Below, one piece after another: positions 1-9,026 of a stretch of 64,000 nucleotides of DNA (the first letter of the stretch is position 1; each line of letters begins with the position of its first letter). Location of the stretch: contig JAGQGU010000034.1 in NCBI GenBank assembly GCA_020432165.1, positions 39,076 through 103,075 on the forward strand, written 5' to 3'. The position numbers and the translations under genes were made by a program. This DNA comes from Thermomicrobiales bacterium (lineage in GTDB: Bacteria > Chloroflexota > Chloroflexia > Thermomicrobiales > UBA6265). Under the pieces are notes generated by a model. It saw nothing but the letters and a program-made list of their open reading frames with translations. It was not told the origin of the DNA and did not search any database.

Positions 1-637
1 CTTCGTGAAGGATGGCAATCATCGCGTTTCTGTCGCCCGGGAACGTGGGGTGGAATTCATTGATGCCGAGGTGATCGAGGCGCATGTGCGTGTGCCCCTT
101 AGTCCGGAAATGAGCACGCAGGAGCTGTTGATGCAGGCAGAATATGCCGAGTTCCTGCGGCGTACCGATCTGGATGTGCTTCAGCCCGATCACGATATTC
201 GTCCCACCCAACTCGGTCGCTATGATGTTATCTGGGGACACATTCTGGGACACCAGGAATGGCTCAGCTATATCTGGCAGCGACCCGCCACCATCCATGA
301 GGTGGTAAACGACTGGTATGAGTTCAACTACATGCCGATCGTGCAGGTGGTGCGTGATCGGCATGTGCTCGATCAGTTCCCGCGTCTGACCGAAGCGGAT
401 ATTTATCTGTGGGTGATGCGTAACCGCCGTATGCTCGAGGATCAGACTGGCGCCGATGTCGGTTCCGTTGCCAGCGCGCAGGCATATGCTGATCTCATGA
501 CTCAGCCGAAAACGGTTATGCAGCGTCTGGTGGAGTTGCTGCCCGGTCGCAGTGCCGAGCGTTCTCCCGATCCCGAAGAGGAACAGCAGCGCCGCCACAA
601 TTGGTTCAAACGTCTCCTCAAACCCCGCGCGAACTAG
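1..637 (+). CDS. ParB/sulfiredoxin-like N-terminal domain protein, 5'-truncated by window edge
   Basis: The frame is open to the window start. It begins ..FVKDGNHRVSVARERG (DGxHR ParB-nuclease-like motif), followed by a helical domain of about 170 aa. TAG stop at 635-637. Confidence 0.5.
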   Translation, partial: FVKDGNHRVSVARERGVEFIDAEVIEAHVRVPLSPEMSTQELLMQAEYAEFLRRTDLDVLQPDHDIRPTQLGRYDVIWGHILGHQEWLSYIWQRPATIHEVVNDWYEFNYMPIVQVVRDRHVLDQFPRLTEADIYLWVMRNRRMLEDQTGADVGSVASAQAYADLMTQPKTVMQRLVELLPGRSAERSPDPEEEQQRRHNWFKRLLKPRAN

Positions 638-749
638 CCCGCGGCATTCTTCCCAACAATCCCCGACATCTGCGGAAACTGGCGCGTGTTAATATCAGGT
701 GATTGCCATTCGCGGAATTCGCCGCGCCTGTCGCGAGGGAGCCCCACGC

Positions 750-1286
750 ATGCATTACCGATCGCTCCTCCTGGTTGTTCTGGCTTTTCTACTCACACCA
801 CTCATCATCACTACGGAAGCTGCTTCCATCACCCGCACAATTGGTGATCGTTTTGAGATCACCGTTGGTTATCTGCATGAACCAGCCATCCTTGGCGATA
901 CCAATGCCATGCGCATCGCCATCACCGAGAACGGTGAACCCGTAACCGGGCTCGCCACCGATTTGCATGGTCAAATCGAGTTCAGCGAAGCAGTGCGGGC
1001 GCTGAGTATCGTGGAATCCTCTACTGAGCCCGGTGTTTACACGGCCACGTTCATCCCCATGATGGATGGTAGCTACGCCTTCACCCTCACCGGCACTATC
1101 GATGGCGTGGAGATCAACGAGCGCTACACCGTGGACGATGGTCTGGTGAATGTGCAACCGCGTACCGACTTCGAGTTCCCGAATGCCGCCAACGGCTTCC
1201 GTAATGTCACACGTCTGGCCATGCCCACAGCAGCATTGCTCGTGGGTGGATTGGTCTTCCTTACCTGGCGGCGACGTACCGCCTGA
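750..1286 (+). CDS. Exported protein with C-terminal membrane anchor, adjacent to the copper cluster
   Basis: ATG 750 follows GAGGGA. It has an N-terminal hydrophobic signal (LLLVVLAFLLTPLIITTEA), a beta-rich body, and a C-terminal TM helix plus RRRTA tail. It lies directly upstream of the CopCD-like gene. Confidence 0.5.
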   Translation: MHYRSLLLVVLAFLLTPLIITTEAASITRTIGDRFEITVGYLHEPAILGDTNAMRIAITENGEPVTGLATDLHGQIEFSEAVRALSIVESSTEPGVYTATFIPMMDGSYAFTLTGTIDGVEINERYTVDDGLVNVQPRTDFEFPNAANGFRNVTRLAMPTAALLVGGLVFLTWRRRTA

Positions 1287-1307
1287 CGCTTGCAGAAAGA
1301 TCGCCCA

Positions 1308-3953
1308 ATGATGTGCGCTCGAAAATTCCATCTGGTTCTGCGGTTGCTTGCGTTGCTGATGCTGGGCTTCCTGCTCATCTCACCCTCTGCCTCCGCCGCT
1401 GCACCGATGGTCGAGCGCACGACACCACTTGATGGTGAAATCCTGGAGCGGACACCGACCGCTGTTGGGGTCGGCTTCGATCAGAAACTTGATCAGGAGC
1501 AGAGCAGCTTCACCTTACGAACAACAGACAATGCCGAGGTCGCCGGCATCACGGTCGCCTACGATGGCAGTGGTAGCTCAGTCACCATTGGTCTGCCAGC
1601 AACCTTGCCGAATGGTGTGTACACCATCGTCTGGCATGCGGTTTCGGCGACGGATGGCACCGCTACAGACGGCTGGAGTAGCTTCAGTGTCGGTAATGCG
1701 GAGGATGCGAACATCGTCACCATTCCCACCTCATCTGGTGGGAGCGGCAATGCTTCCTGGTTGGCGGTGGGTGCACGTTGGCTGACGGTTCTCGGCGTGG
1801 CGATGAGTGCAGCACTCTGGCCGGTCTGGAAAGGGATTTTGCGACCAGTTCTTGGCAAACAGCGCGCGTTGGCGAAGCCTACTGCATTGCGCTTGCAGAA
1901 CCTCGCCTGGATTGCGCTCGGTGTCGCGATGTTGGGCTCGCTTCTGGATCTGCTCGCCCAGAGTGGGCTCGAAGACTTCCCCGATACCATCTTCCAGACG
2001 CTTGGTCACACCGATTGGGGATTTTGGTGGCTCGTGCGCATGGCGGTGTTGATTCTGCTCGGCATCGGTCTCGCCCTTTCGCCATGGTGGAACCGTTCGC
2101 GTCGCCAGATCGCGAATAGCTCCTTGTGGTTGCTAAGTCTGGTGTTGCCGGTTCCGATGGTACTGAGCGGTCACGCGATCGATGACGAGGTTGGCCGCAT
2201 CACTACCGTTGTCACGAGCTATCTCTTCTTGCTTGCTCTCTTTCTGCTCATTGGCGGCGCGATCTGGATCGCTATCGCGCGGCGTGTGGCGCCCACCCTC
2301 GCCGATGCTGCCAGAGTACGTTGGCTGGTCATCGCTGCTGGCGGTACCGCCCTGCTGACCGCTATCTACCTTGGTTGGCTCTACATCGGCAATCGTGATG
2401 CCCTCACACAAACCACCTTCGGTCGCTTCGCCATCGCTGCTATCATCCTCGCCGGTTGGGCGCTGATACTCAGCCTGATTCCGCGCACCGGCATTGGTAC
2501 CTTGGCCGCAGTCGGTGTTCTGCTCCTGCTTCCGCTGGCGGGTATGCAGGTGAACACCACTGCGCGCGCACAACTCTCTGAAGAATCCGTGCAGCTACGG
2601 CAGAATCTCAGCTTCGATGATCGTGCTGGTATCGTCCTGATTGCACCGGGCGAGACGGGTGTCAATCACATCCGCCTGGAGACACCCGGCACCTATCTGC
2701 AAACCGAGACAGAGGTCTGGCTCGATCTCAGCAGTCCGGATCACCCGGATCTGGGGAGCAAGAGTGTGCAGATGTACCGGGTGCAAGGCAATGCGTTTGA
2801 GCACCACGGTACCGAGTTCAGTCTGGATGGCAGCTGGCAGATCACTGTGCGCATTGAGGAGCCTGGTTTCGAGGCCAGTACTGCCACGTTTGAACATACT
2901 TTTACTGCCGAGAATACCAACGTTAATCTCCCCGGTACACCGTGGAAGTTCAAGGATGTCTCTGGTCTTGCAGGCATTGCGCTGGCGGTTGTCGGTGTGC
3001 TTGGCATTGCTACGGCCGTGGCAGTTGGTGGGCCATTGCGGAAGGAAGCCGGTGGTCTCGCTGGTGTCGCTATTATGCTGGCGGCGGTCGTCGTTATGCA
3101 GGGACGCATCAATCCGGTGTTGACGGTGGAGAGCGGCGAGGGTGCCATTAACGCCAATGATTTGGTAATGGTGCAGCGCGGTGCCGATCTCTACGCCCAA
3201 TATTGCGCCAGTTGCCATGGTGCTGATCTTCGTGGCGATGGTCCGTTGGCCTCGACACTCAATCCTGCGCCGGCGGATTTCAGTCAGCCGCACACCAAAG
3301 TACATAGCGATGAAGATCTGCTCTACTGGATTCAGTACGGCATGCAGGGCACCGCCATGCCCGGCTTCGGTAGCCAGCTAGAGGATCAGGAGATCCGCGA
3401 TATCATCTCCTTCATCAAACACTGGCAGCAGAATCCTGACGAGGCTGCGAATGCGACACCCGCTCTGGGTGTCTGTGAGGTGCAGCCGCTCGAATTCGCA
3501 GCCATTCCCGAGATCTTCCACGATGGACTGCACGGCTCTACCCGACGCGGTACACCGATGGTGAGAGCGGCCGACTCGGAGGTTGGGCCGGAACAAACGA
3601 ATGAGGTGATGTGGATGCTGGAGCAGATGGTGAACTGTGCCAATCAGGATCAGTTCATGAGCCAGCTTCGTCTCTTCACCAGCGCCATGTTGCAGGATAT
3701 CTTCCCCCAGGGCGCCAGCTGGGAGGTCACCAGCCGCGCCACCTCACCGAGCGAACCGGTTGATCCCGCGAATGCGATCGTCATCCAGGATGTGCAGAGC
3801 ATGACATACCTGGCCGATGGCAGGATCGCCGTCACGGTTATCTTCAGCGATCCCACCGGCATCGGCGTGATTCCGGGAGCCGAACCGGTCTACCAGGTCA
3901 CGTTGATCCTTGTCTATCAGGATGGGAATTGGCTCATTGATGAGGTGCGCTGA
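1308..3953 (+). CDS. CopC-CopD fusion copper-resistance membrane protein with C-terminal cytochrome c and NTF2-like domains
   Basis: Signal peptide, then a CopC-like segment (TPLDGEIL...VWHAVSATDGTATDGWSSFSV), a multi-TM CopD-like core, a CASCHG haem c motif with downstream GTAMPGF, and a terminal NTF2/SnoaL-like region. The ORF opens at TTG 1290, and ATG 1308/1311 are the likely starts. Confidence 0.8.
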   Translation: MMCARKFHLVLRLLALLMLGFLLISPSASAAAPMVERTTPLDGEILERTPTAVGVGFDQKLDQEQSSFTLRTTDNAEVAGITVAYDGSGSSVTIGLPATLPNGVYTIVWHAVSATDGTATDGWSSFSVGNAEDANIVTIPTSSGGSGNASWLAVGARWLTVLGVAMSAALWPVWKGILRPVLGKQRALAKPTALRLQNLAWIALGVAMLGSLLDLLAQSGLEDFPDTIFQTLGHTDWGFWWLVRMAVLILLGIGLALSPWWNRSRRQIANSSLWLLSLVLPVPMVLSGHAIDDEVGRITTVVTSYLFLLALFLLIGGAIWIAIARRVAPTLADAARVRWLVIAAGGTALLTAIYLGWLYIGNRDALTQTTFGRFAIAAIILAGWALILSLIPRTGIGTLAAVGVLLLLPLAGMQVNTTARAQLSEESVQLRQNLSFDDRAGIVLIAPGETGVNHIRLETPGTYLQTETEVWLDLSSPDHPDLGSKSVQMYRVQGNAFEHHGTEFSLDGSWQITVRIEEPGFEASTATFEHTFTAENTNVNLPGTPWKFKDVSGLAGIALAVVGVLGIATAVAVGGPLRKEAGGLAGVAIMLAAVVVMQGRINPVLTVESGEGAINANDLVMVQRGADLYAQYCASCHGADLRGDGPLASTLNPAPADFSQPHTKVHSDEDLLYWIQYGMQGTAMPGFGSQLEDQEIRDIISFIKHWQQNPDEAANATPALGVCEVQPLEFAAIPEIFHDGLHGSTRRGTPMVRAADSEVGPEQTNEVMWMLEQMVNCANQDQFMSQLRLFTSAMLQDIFPQGASWEVTSRATSPSEPVDPANAIVIQDVQSMTYLADGRIAVTVIFSDPTGIGVIPGAEPVYQVTLILVYQDGNWLIDEVR

Positions 3954-4094
3954 TCTTTGCCGCACCTCCTTGAACGTCGTTCTCTCTACCTAATAACCCT
4001 GCTTTTGCCAGAAAAGTGGTGTGATAAGCTAAGGGTGCAATGAGCCTTGTGGCTGGAGAGTCGCTTCCAGTAAGGCATGCCGCGACGCCCGGTT

Positions 4095-4580
4095 TTAGCG
4101 TTCGGGCCAAGGCTCATTGACTTGGTTATCAATGATATCCACCATCCCGTTTCGACGATTTTCCACAAACTCCTTGCTTCCGCTCCCCGTCACACTGACG
4201 ACATTCTCGCTCCCCAGAAGAACTCCGAAGGTCACGGCATACCAGCGACCATCGTTGCCACGAAGTATCACTCGGCGCATTTCAGGATTTTTTCTCTCAC
4301 GCCCAAGGAACACCCAGTTGATGAGCTGGGTGGATAGGTCATTGATCACATGTTCGTCTCTAGGGTGCTTCTTTGTGAGTCGTTGGTGGTTACTGCGCGA
4401 CCATCGTATGACTGGTGACGTGAACTCCAGATGGAACTGCATCTGGGGCGACAAGATCACACGTACTGCTGGGTCTTCCCAATCCTCGACGGGAATGTCA
4501 TTACTTCCCCAAACATTGTCGGGACCGAGGTGAACGAGATGATTAGCTGGGTGCATTTTGGCGTCGTCAGCTTCAGTCAT
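4095..4580 (-). CDS. Hypothetical protein (orphan, lower-GC segment)
   Basis: 161-aa ORF with balanced, protein-like composition, unlike the overlapping + strand ORFs. I recognise no motif. The local sequence is visibly more AT-rich than its flanks. Confidence 0.45.
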   Translation of the reverse strand: MTEADDAKMHPANHLVHLGPDNVWGSNDIPVEDWEDPAVRVILSPQMQFHLEFTSPVIRWSRSNHQRLTKKHPRDEHVINDLSTQLINWVFLGRERKNPEMRRVILRGNDGRWYAVTFGVLLGSENVVSVTGSGSKEFVENRRNGMVDIIDNQVNEPWPER

Positions 4581-4694
4581 CTCATCTTCCCGCTACACCT
4601 TCGTGACGCACACATTCGAATGAGAGTGTCTCACGAATTACAGGATAAGTATGGATGCTGGGGCGCCCAGGCTGATGTCATAGTCCTTTAACCC

Positions 4695-4726
4695 AAAGAT
4701 GGCGGAGCAACTGCTCCGCCATCTTT
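4695..4726. terminator. Stem-loop terminator downstream of the MarR gene
   Basis: AAAGATGGCGGAGC-aact-GCTCCGCCATCTTT: a 14-bp perfect stem with A/T runs on both sides. A second small hairpin, CGTCACA-gcgt-TGTGACG, lies at 4733-4750. Confidence 0.6.
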
Positions 4727-4759
4727 GTACGAGCGTCACAGCGTTGTGACGGTCATGCG

Positions 4760-5482
4760 TTACACATCGCTCTCGCTGAACGTCTGTGTCTCGTCGGTTT
4801 CCTCTGGTTCGCGCTCCGGGCGATCCCACGGACCACGAGGACCGCAGCCGCGACCTCGGCCATGACGACCGCGTGGTCCGAATCCGCGGGGGTCAAACCC
4901 ACGGGGACCAAAGCCACCGAAAGGACCGAATCCGCCCGGGAATCCGCGGCGATCCATAAATGCCTCGCGCTGCTCCTCATCCAGGCTTTCGATGAATGCA
5001 CGCATCTTCTCGGCGCGCGTATCCACGCTATCCTCGTCGCCCGATTCCGCCTCCAGGCGCTCGATGAGCTTGCCGAGCAGATCGCTCAGCGTCTCCAGTT
5101 CGCCCTCATCCAGGGCGGAGAGGAAGCCCGCATCCGAGTCGGCATCGTCTGCCGAAGAGGCTGCAGCCTGCTGTCCAGCATCGGTGAGACGCACCATCAG
5201 GACGCGCTTGTCATCTTCGGATTGTTCGCGTGTGATCAGCCCTGCGGATTCCAGCTTCGCGAGTAGCTCTGCCAGCCCCTGCTTGCTCATATCGAGCAGA
5301 TAGGCGAGATCCTTCTGGCTGACGCGATCAGTCAGGCTGAGCGCCTGCAGTACACGACCCTGCCCGCGACGAGGATCGGGTCGACGACGACCGTGGCGAC
5401 CACGGAGTGCCATGTGGCGGCCGAGAAGACGATGAAGATAGACGAACTGGCCGAGTACATCGGCATGAGTTGGGTTTTGCAT
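4760..5482 (-). CDS. MarR-family transcriptional regulator with Gly/Arg/Phe-rich C-terminal tail
   Basis: wHTH region QGRVLQALSLTDRVSQKDLAYLLDMSKQGLAELLAKLESAGLITRE..DKRVLMVRLTDAG. ATG 5482 is preceded by AAGGAGA. The tail reads GFPGGFGPFGGFGPRGFDPRGFGPRGRHGRGRG. Confidence 0.85.
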   Translation of the reverse strand: MQNPTHADVLGQFVYLHRLLGRHMALRGRHGRRRPDPRRGQGRVLQALSLTDRVSQKDLAYLLDMSKQGLAELLAKLESAGLITREQSEDDKRVLMVRLTDAGQQAAASSADDADSDAGFLSALDEGELETLSDLLGKLIERLEAESGDEDSVDTRAEKMRAFIESLDEEQREAFMDRRGFPGGFGPFGGFGPRGFDPRGFGPRGRHGRGRGCGPRGPWDRPEREPEETDETQTFSESDV

Positions 5483-5526
5483 GAAGTTCTCCTTGCATAG
5501 TCGGAATGTAGTAATGTACCTGACGA

Positions 5527-5588
5527 TCAAGTACTGGACGAATAATAGAACATGGAATCGTGATTGTCAAGTGCTGGACTATTATTCG
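5527..5588. promoter_or_regulatory. Candidate MarR operator: paired direct and inverted repeats in the divergent promoter region
   Basis: TCAAGTRCTGGAC occurs at 5527-5539 and 5567-5579. A 10-bp perfect inverted repeat pairs CGAATAATAG (5539-5548) with CTATTATTCG (5579-5588). The site lies 45-106 nt upstream of the MarR start. Confidence 0.35.
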
Positions 5589-5813
5589 ATGATTTGTGTC
5601 TTCCCAGGGTATCAACCGGGCGGGCAGTAGTCTCGATCACGACGGGGAACCCCTCGTCATTCGGAGCCGCATAGCGGCGAAGAATCAGCCGAACGAGCAG
5701 TAGCCAGGCGAGATACACCACTCGGTCCGTCAACTAGGTATTATCTTCATCACATAATGAGAGCGACTGATCGGTATTTTTCTGTCTGACACCTCCAACC
5801 AGAGGACACAACC

Positions 5814-6632
5814 ATGCGACGAATCGAGAACATCACCTACGTCACCCGAGACGCGATCGAACTACAGCTCGATATGGCCTTGCCCGAAGGCGATGGTCCG
5901 TACCCTGCCGTTATCCATGTGCATGGAGGAGGGTGGGCCTTCGGCGAACGCGCCACCACCTGGATCGATTGGTTAGCAGCCAACGGCTTCGCCGCAATTA
6001 CCATCAGCTACCGCTTCACCGATATCGCCTGCTTCCCAGCCCAGATTCACGATGTGAAGGCAGCTATCCGCTGGGTACGCGGCCATGCTGCTGAATACGG
6101 TATCGATCCTGAACACATCGGTCTTTGGGGGGTAAGTGCCGGCGGGCATCTCTCCGCGCTCGCGGCCTGCACGAATGGCGATCCATTGTTCGATGGAGAC
6201 GGCAATAATGATTACAGCAGCGATGTACAGTGCGCAGTTCCGATCTGCCCACCGACGGAGTTCCTGATCAATTGGTACGCGGTGAGTGAGCTACCCGATA
6301 ACGAGGAAGGACTTGCCTTAAGCGAGGCTTTCTTCGGCGGCGGTATTGTGACGACGGAGGAGTTGCGCAGGCAGGCCTCACCGCTCTGGAAGGTCGGACC
6401 AGATGCTGTTCCGCAGCTGATCATTCACGGCGAGCAGGATGATCTCGTTCCTGTCAGCGAGGTGCGTGCCTATGCTGCGGCACTGCGTGAGCACAGCGTT
6501 GAGCATGAACTGATTGTGGATCCCGTTTTGGGCCACGATGTTCATATCCGTGTGGATGCGGAGGAAGGGGAGCCAGAATCGCTTAGACCACAGATTCTGG
6601 CATTCTTCCGTAAGCACCTCTGCCCGGCATAG
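5814..6632 (+). CDS. Alpha/beta hydrolase (esterase/lipase, HGGG type)
   Basis: Oxyanion motif HVHGGGW and nucleophile elbow GVSAGGH, with a C-terminal Asp/His region (GEQDDLV ... LGHDV). Confidence 0.8.
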   Translation: MRRIENITYVTRDAIELQLDMALPEGDGPYPAVIHVHGGGWAFGERATTWIDWLAANGFAAITISYRFTDIACFPAQIHDVKAAIRWVRGHAAEYGIDPEHIGLWGVSAGGHLSALAACTNGDPLFDGDGNNDYSSDVQCAVPICPPTEFLINWYAVSELPDNEEGLALSEAFFGGGIVTTEELRRQASPLWKVGPDAVPQLIIHGEQDDLVPVSEVRAYAAALREHSVEHELIVDPVLGHDVHIRVDAEEGEPESLRPQILAFFRKHLCPA

Positions 6633-6668
6633 AAAATCGCCCCGGGATCATAACCCCGGGGCGATTTT
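6633..6668. terminator. Bidirectional intrinsic terminator between convergent genes
   Basis: AAAATCGCCCCGG-loop-CCGGGGCGATTTT: a 13-bp GC-rich stem flanked by an A-run and a T-run. Confidence 0.7.
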
Positions 6669-6692
6669 TCAATTTGTCTTCGCGTTGTTCGG

Positions 6693-7853
6693 CTAGTAGT
6701 GAATCACTACCGGCATACCGATATAGGCAATGCTGTAGAGCCAGGCCGCAGCGCCTTCCGGCATATTGATGCAGCCGTGGCTCATCGGTGTACCGAAATT
6801 ATTGTGCCAATAGGTACCGTGAATCGCGCGGCCCTCATTGGTGAAGTACATGACATCCGGCACCGAGGGGACATTGTAGTACTCGCCGCCGATCACACCT
6901 TCCATATCATCGGAAGGCAGCATCGTGAGCACGTAGAAGGTACCGGTGGGGGTATCGAACCCCGCCCGCCCCGAACTGATATACAGCTCATAGATAATGG
7001 TATCGCCCTGATAGACGGTCATGTACTGCCAGCTGAGGTTGATATCTACCCAGATGGCGTCGCCACTCGGATCGTAATTTCCATACGATGGACCTGGCTT
7101 GACGAAGAGCGATTCATCGTAGGTCGGGATATCGCCCTGGGCAGAGGCGGCTGTGCTGAGGTTGTACTTGGTCGCCAACGTCTGGCCGACCGGTACCATC
7201 TGCACGCCATCGGTTGCCGTCCAGCGGAGTTGGCCATACTCGAAGGTCTGGTAGGTGATGCCACCGACCGAATACTCCTGCGTGATCGGGTTCCCGAGAT
7301 AGTTCACATCGCCAGTTGCCCACCAGAAATCGCGGAACCCGCCGAAAATGGTGTGACCGGTCTCGGAGACAAAGGTGACATTCGGATCTTTCGCGGTATC
7401 GGAATCCGCGCTCACCGGCAACCACGCCTTCATCTGCGTGGTCACGGAGGTGAACCCTTCCGGGACCTGCGTGCTGGCGATCATCGAGCGCTGCAGCATG
7501 GATGGGCGCAGTTCCTCACCGATCTTGCCAAGCACGAACTTGTTCCCGTTGGCATCGCCCTCCGGCCAATACTCGAAGCGTGCATACTGCAGGTACTGCA
7601 CGATATGGCCGTTATCCATCGTAATTTCCGGCGTGATCGGCAAACCGAGATTGGTTTGCCCGCCATTGGCGCGCCAGTAATCGAGGAACACCTGATCGAG
7701 CGATTGCCCGGTCTCCTCGAAGTAGACGGTGCGCGGTGCACTCCACTCGGCAGCAGCATTGGTCGCCAGGCTTGGCGCAAAACTGACCAACAGCATCGCC
7801 AGCGATGCCGTTACAAAACTGATCTTCTTCAGCAAAGATCGAGAAGCAGACAT
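6693..7853 (-). CDS. L,D-transpeptidase (YkuD domain) with N-terminal LGxP-type repeats
   Basis: C-terminal HGTYWHNNFGTPMSHGCINM catalytic signature. Signal peptide begins at MSASRSLLKK. ATG 7853 is preceded by AGGGGAGA. Repeats include LGLPITPE..ARFEYW and LGNPITQE..YGQLRW. Confidence 0.85.
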   Translation of the reverse strand: MSASRSLLKKISFVTASLAMLLVSFAPSLATNAAAEWSAPRTVYFEETGQSLDQVFLDYWRANGGQTNLGLPITPEITMDNGHIVQYLQYARFEYWPEGDANGNKFVLGKIGEELRPSMLQRSMIASTQVPEGFTSVTTQMKAWLPVSADSDTAKDPNVTFVSETGHTIFGGFRDFWWATGDVNYLGNPITQEYSVGGITYQTFEYGQLRWTATDGVQMVPVGQTLATKYNLSTAASAQGDIPTYDESLFVKPGPSYGNYDPSGDAIWVDINLSWQYMTVYQGDTIIYELYISSGRAGFDTPTGTFYVLTMLPSDDMEGVIGGEYYNVPSVPDVMYFTNEGRAIHGTYWHNNFGTPMSHGCINMPEGAAAWLYSIAYIGMPVVIHY

Positions 7854-8043
7854 TGTTCTCCCCTTTGTCCCCAACTGTGATTGTCCGATTCCCGGAGCGA
7901 GCCAATCGACTCTGTCATAGGTTAAACGCATCAACCCCCGGAAAAGATTCGTTTCGGTGAAAAGCGCGCGTGTCAAAAAGTCACCGCAGAAACGACATGT
8001 ACGTACACTATACGGCATCGACGTATCGTTAGCAAAGGCAACG

Positions 8044-8907
8044 TTAGTTAAGCGTAATGTCCAGGCTGATATCCAGACTGGGGTGCGAATGCGTCAGCGC
8101 CCCCACCGAGATCAAATCTACACCAGTTGCTGCGATCTCTGGCAGGCGGGCGATGGTGATACCACCTGAGGCCTCCAGGAGTGCGCGGTTCGCGTGCGCA
8201 TCGCGGATAGAAACGGCCTCCGCCATAGTGGCGGTGTCCATATTATCCAACATGACGATATCGGCACCGGCGTTCAGGGCCTCTCGTAATTCGTCCAGTG
8301 TCGCCACTTCCACCTCGATTTTGAGCGTGTGTGGCGCTGTTGCCCGTGCGGCCGTAATCGCATCGGTGATCCGGTGCGGACCGCCGATCGCGGCAAGGTG
8401 ATTGTCCTTAATCAACACACCGTCGGCGAGACCGAAGCGATGATTACTCCCACCACCATTGATGACCGCCCGCTTTTGGAGTAGCCGCATACCAGGTGTT
8501 GTCTTGCGCGTGTCCACGACTCGTGTCGAGGTTCCAGCCACTGCTGCCGCGTATTCCGCGGTGATGGTGGCAACACCACTGAGCCGCTGCACGAAGTTCA
8601 GCGCCGTGCGTTCGGCGATGAGAATACTACGGGCATTGCCACGCACAATCGCGATCTGGGTGGGATTGGTAACCCGCTCGCCATTATTGCGCAGTCGCTC
8701 AAAGGTCAGGCTGGGATCAACGGTGTGGAAAACCTCTTCCGCCACATCCATCCCACTCAGCACGCCATCCTGCTTGGCCAGCATAATCGCGGTAGCAGTG
8801 CGATCAGCCGGAACCGTGGCTAATGTGGTGATATCGCCTGTGCCGATGTCTTCGGCAAGCGCCAAGTCGATGAGTGCGCGTACATCGGGTTCGATTGCAA
8901 TTGTCAT
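8044..8907 (-). CDS. nadC: Nicotinate-nucleotide pyrophosphorylase (quinolinate phosphoribosyltransferase)
   Basis: Full-length NadC-like sequence (DIGTGDITT..., RKTTPGMR, IMLDNM, ASGGIT). Confidence 0.9.
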   Translation of the reverse strand: MTIAIEPDVRALIDLALAEDIGTGDITTLATVPADRTATAIMLAKQDGVLSGMDVAEEVFHTVDPSLTFERLRNNGERVTNPTQIAIVRGNARSILIAERTALNFVQRLSGVATITAEYAAAVAGTSTRVVDTRKTTPGMRLLQKRAVINGGGSNHRFGLADGVLIKDNHLAAIGGPHRITDAITAARATAPHTLKIEVEVATLDELREALNAGADIVMLDNMDTATMAEAVSIRDAHANRALLEASGGITIARLPEIAATGVDLISVGALTHSHPSLDISLDITLN

Positions 8908-9026
8908 TTCTCGCTCCTGTCAGCACACCCATGTGCCGAACGATATCAAGAATACGCTGATACCCGAAGGCACACAAAAACGGGATGCCGCAAGGCACCC
9001 CGTTCATCACTATTCTGTTTTGTCGA

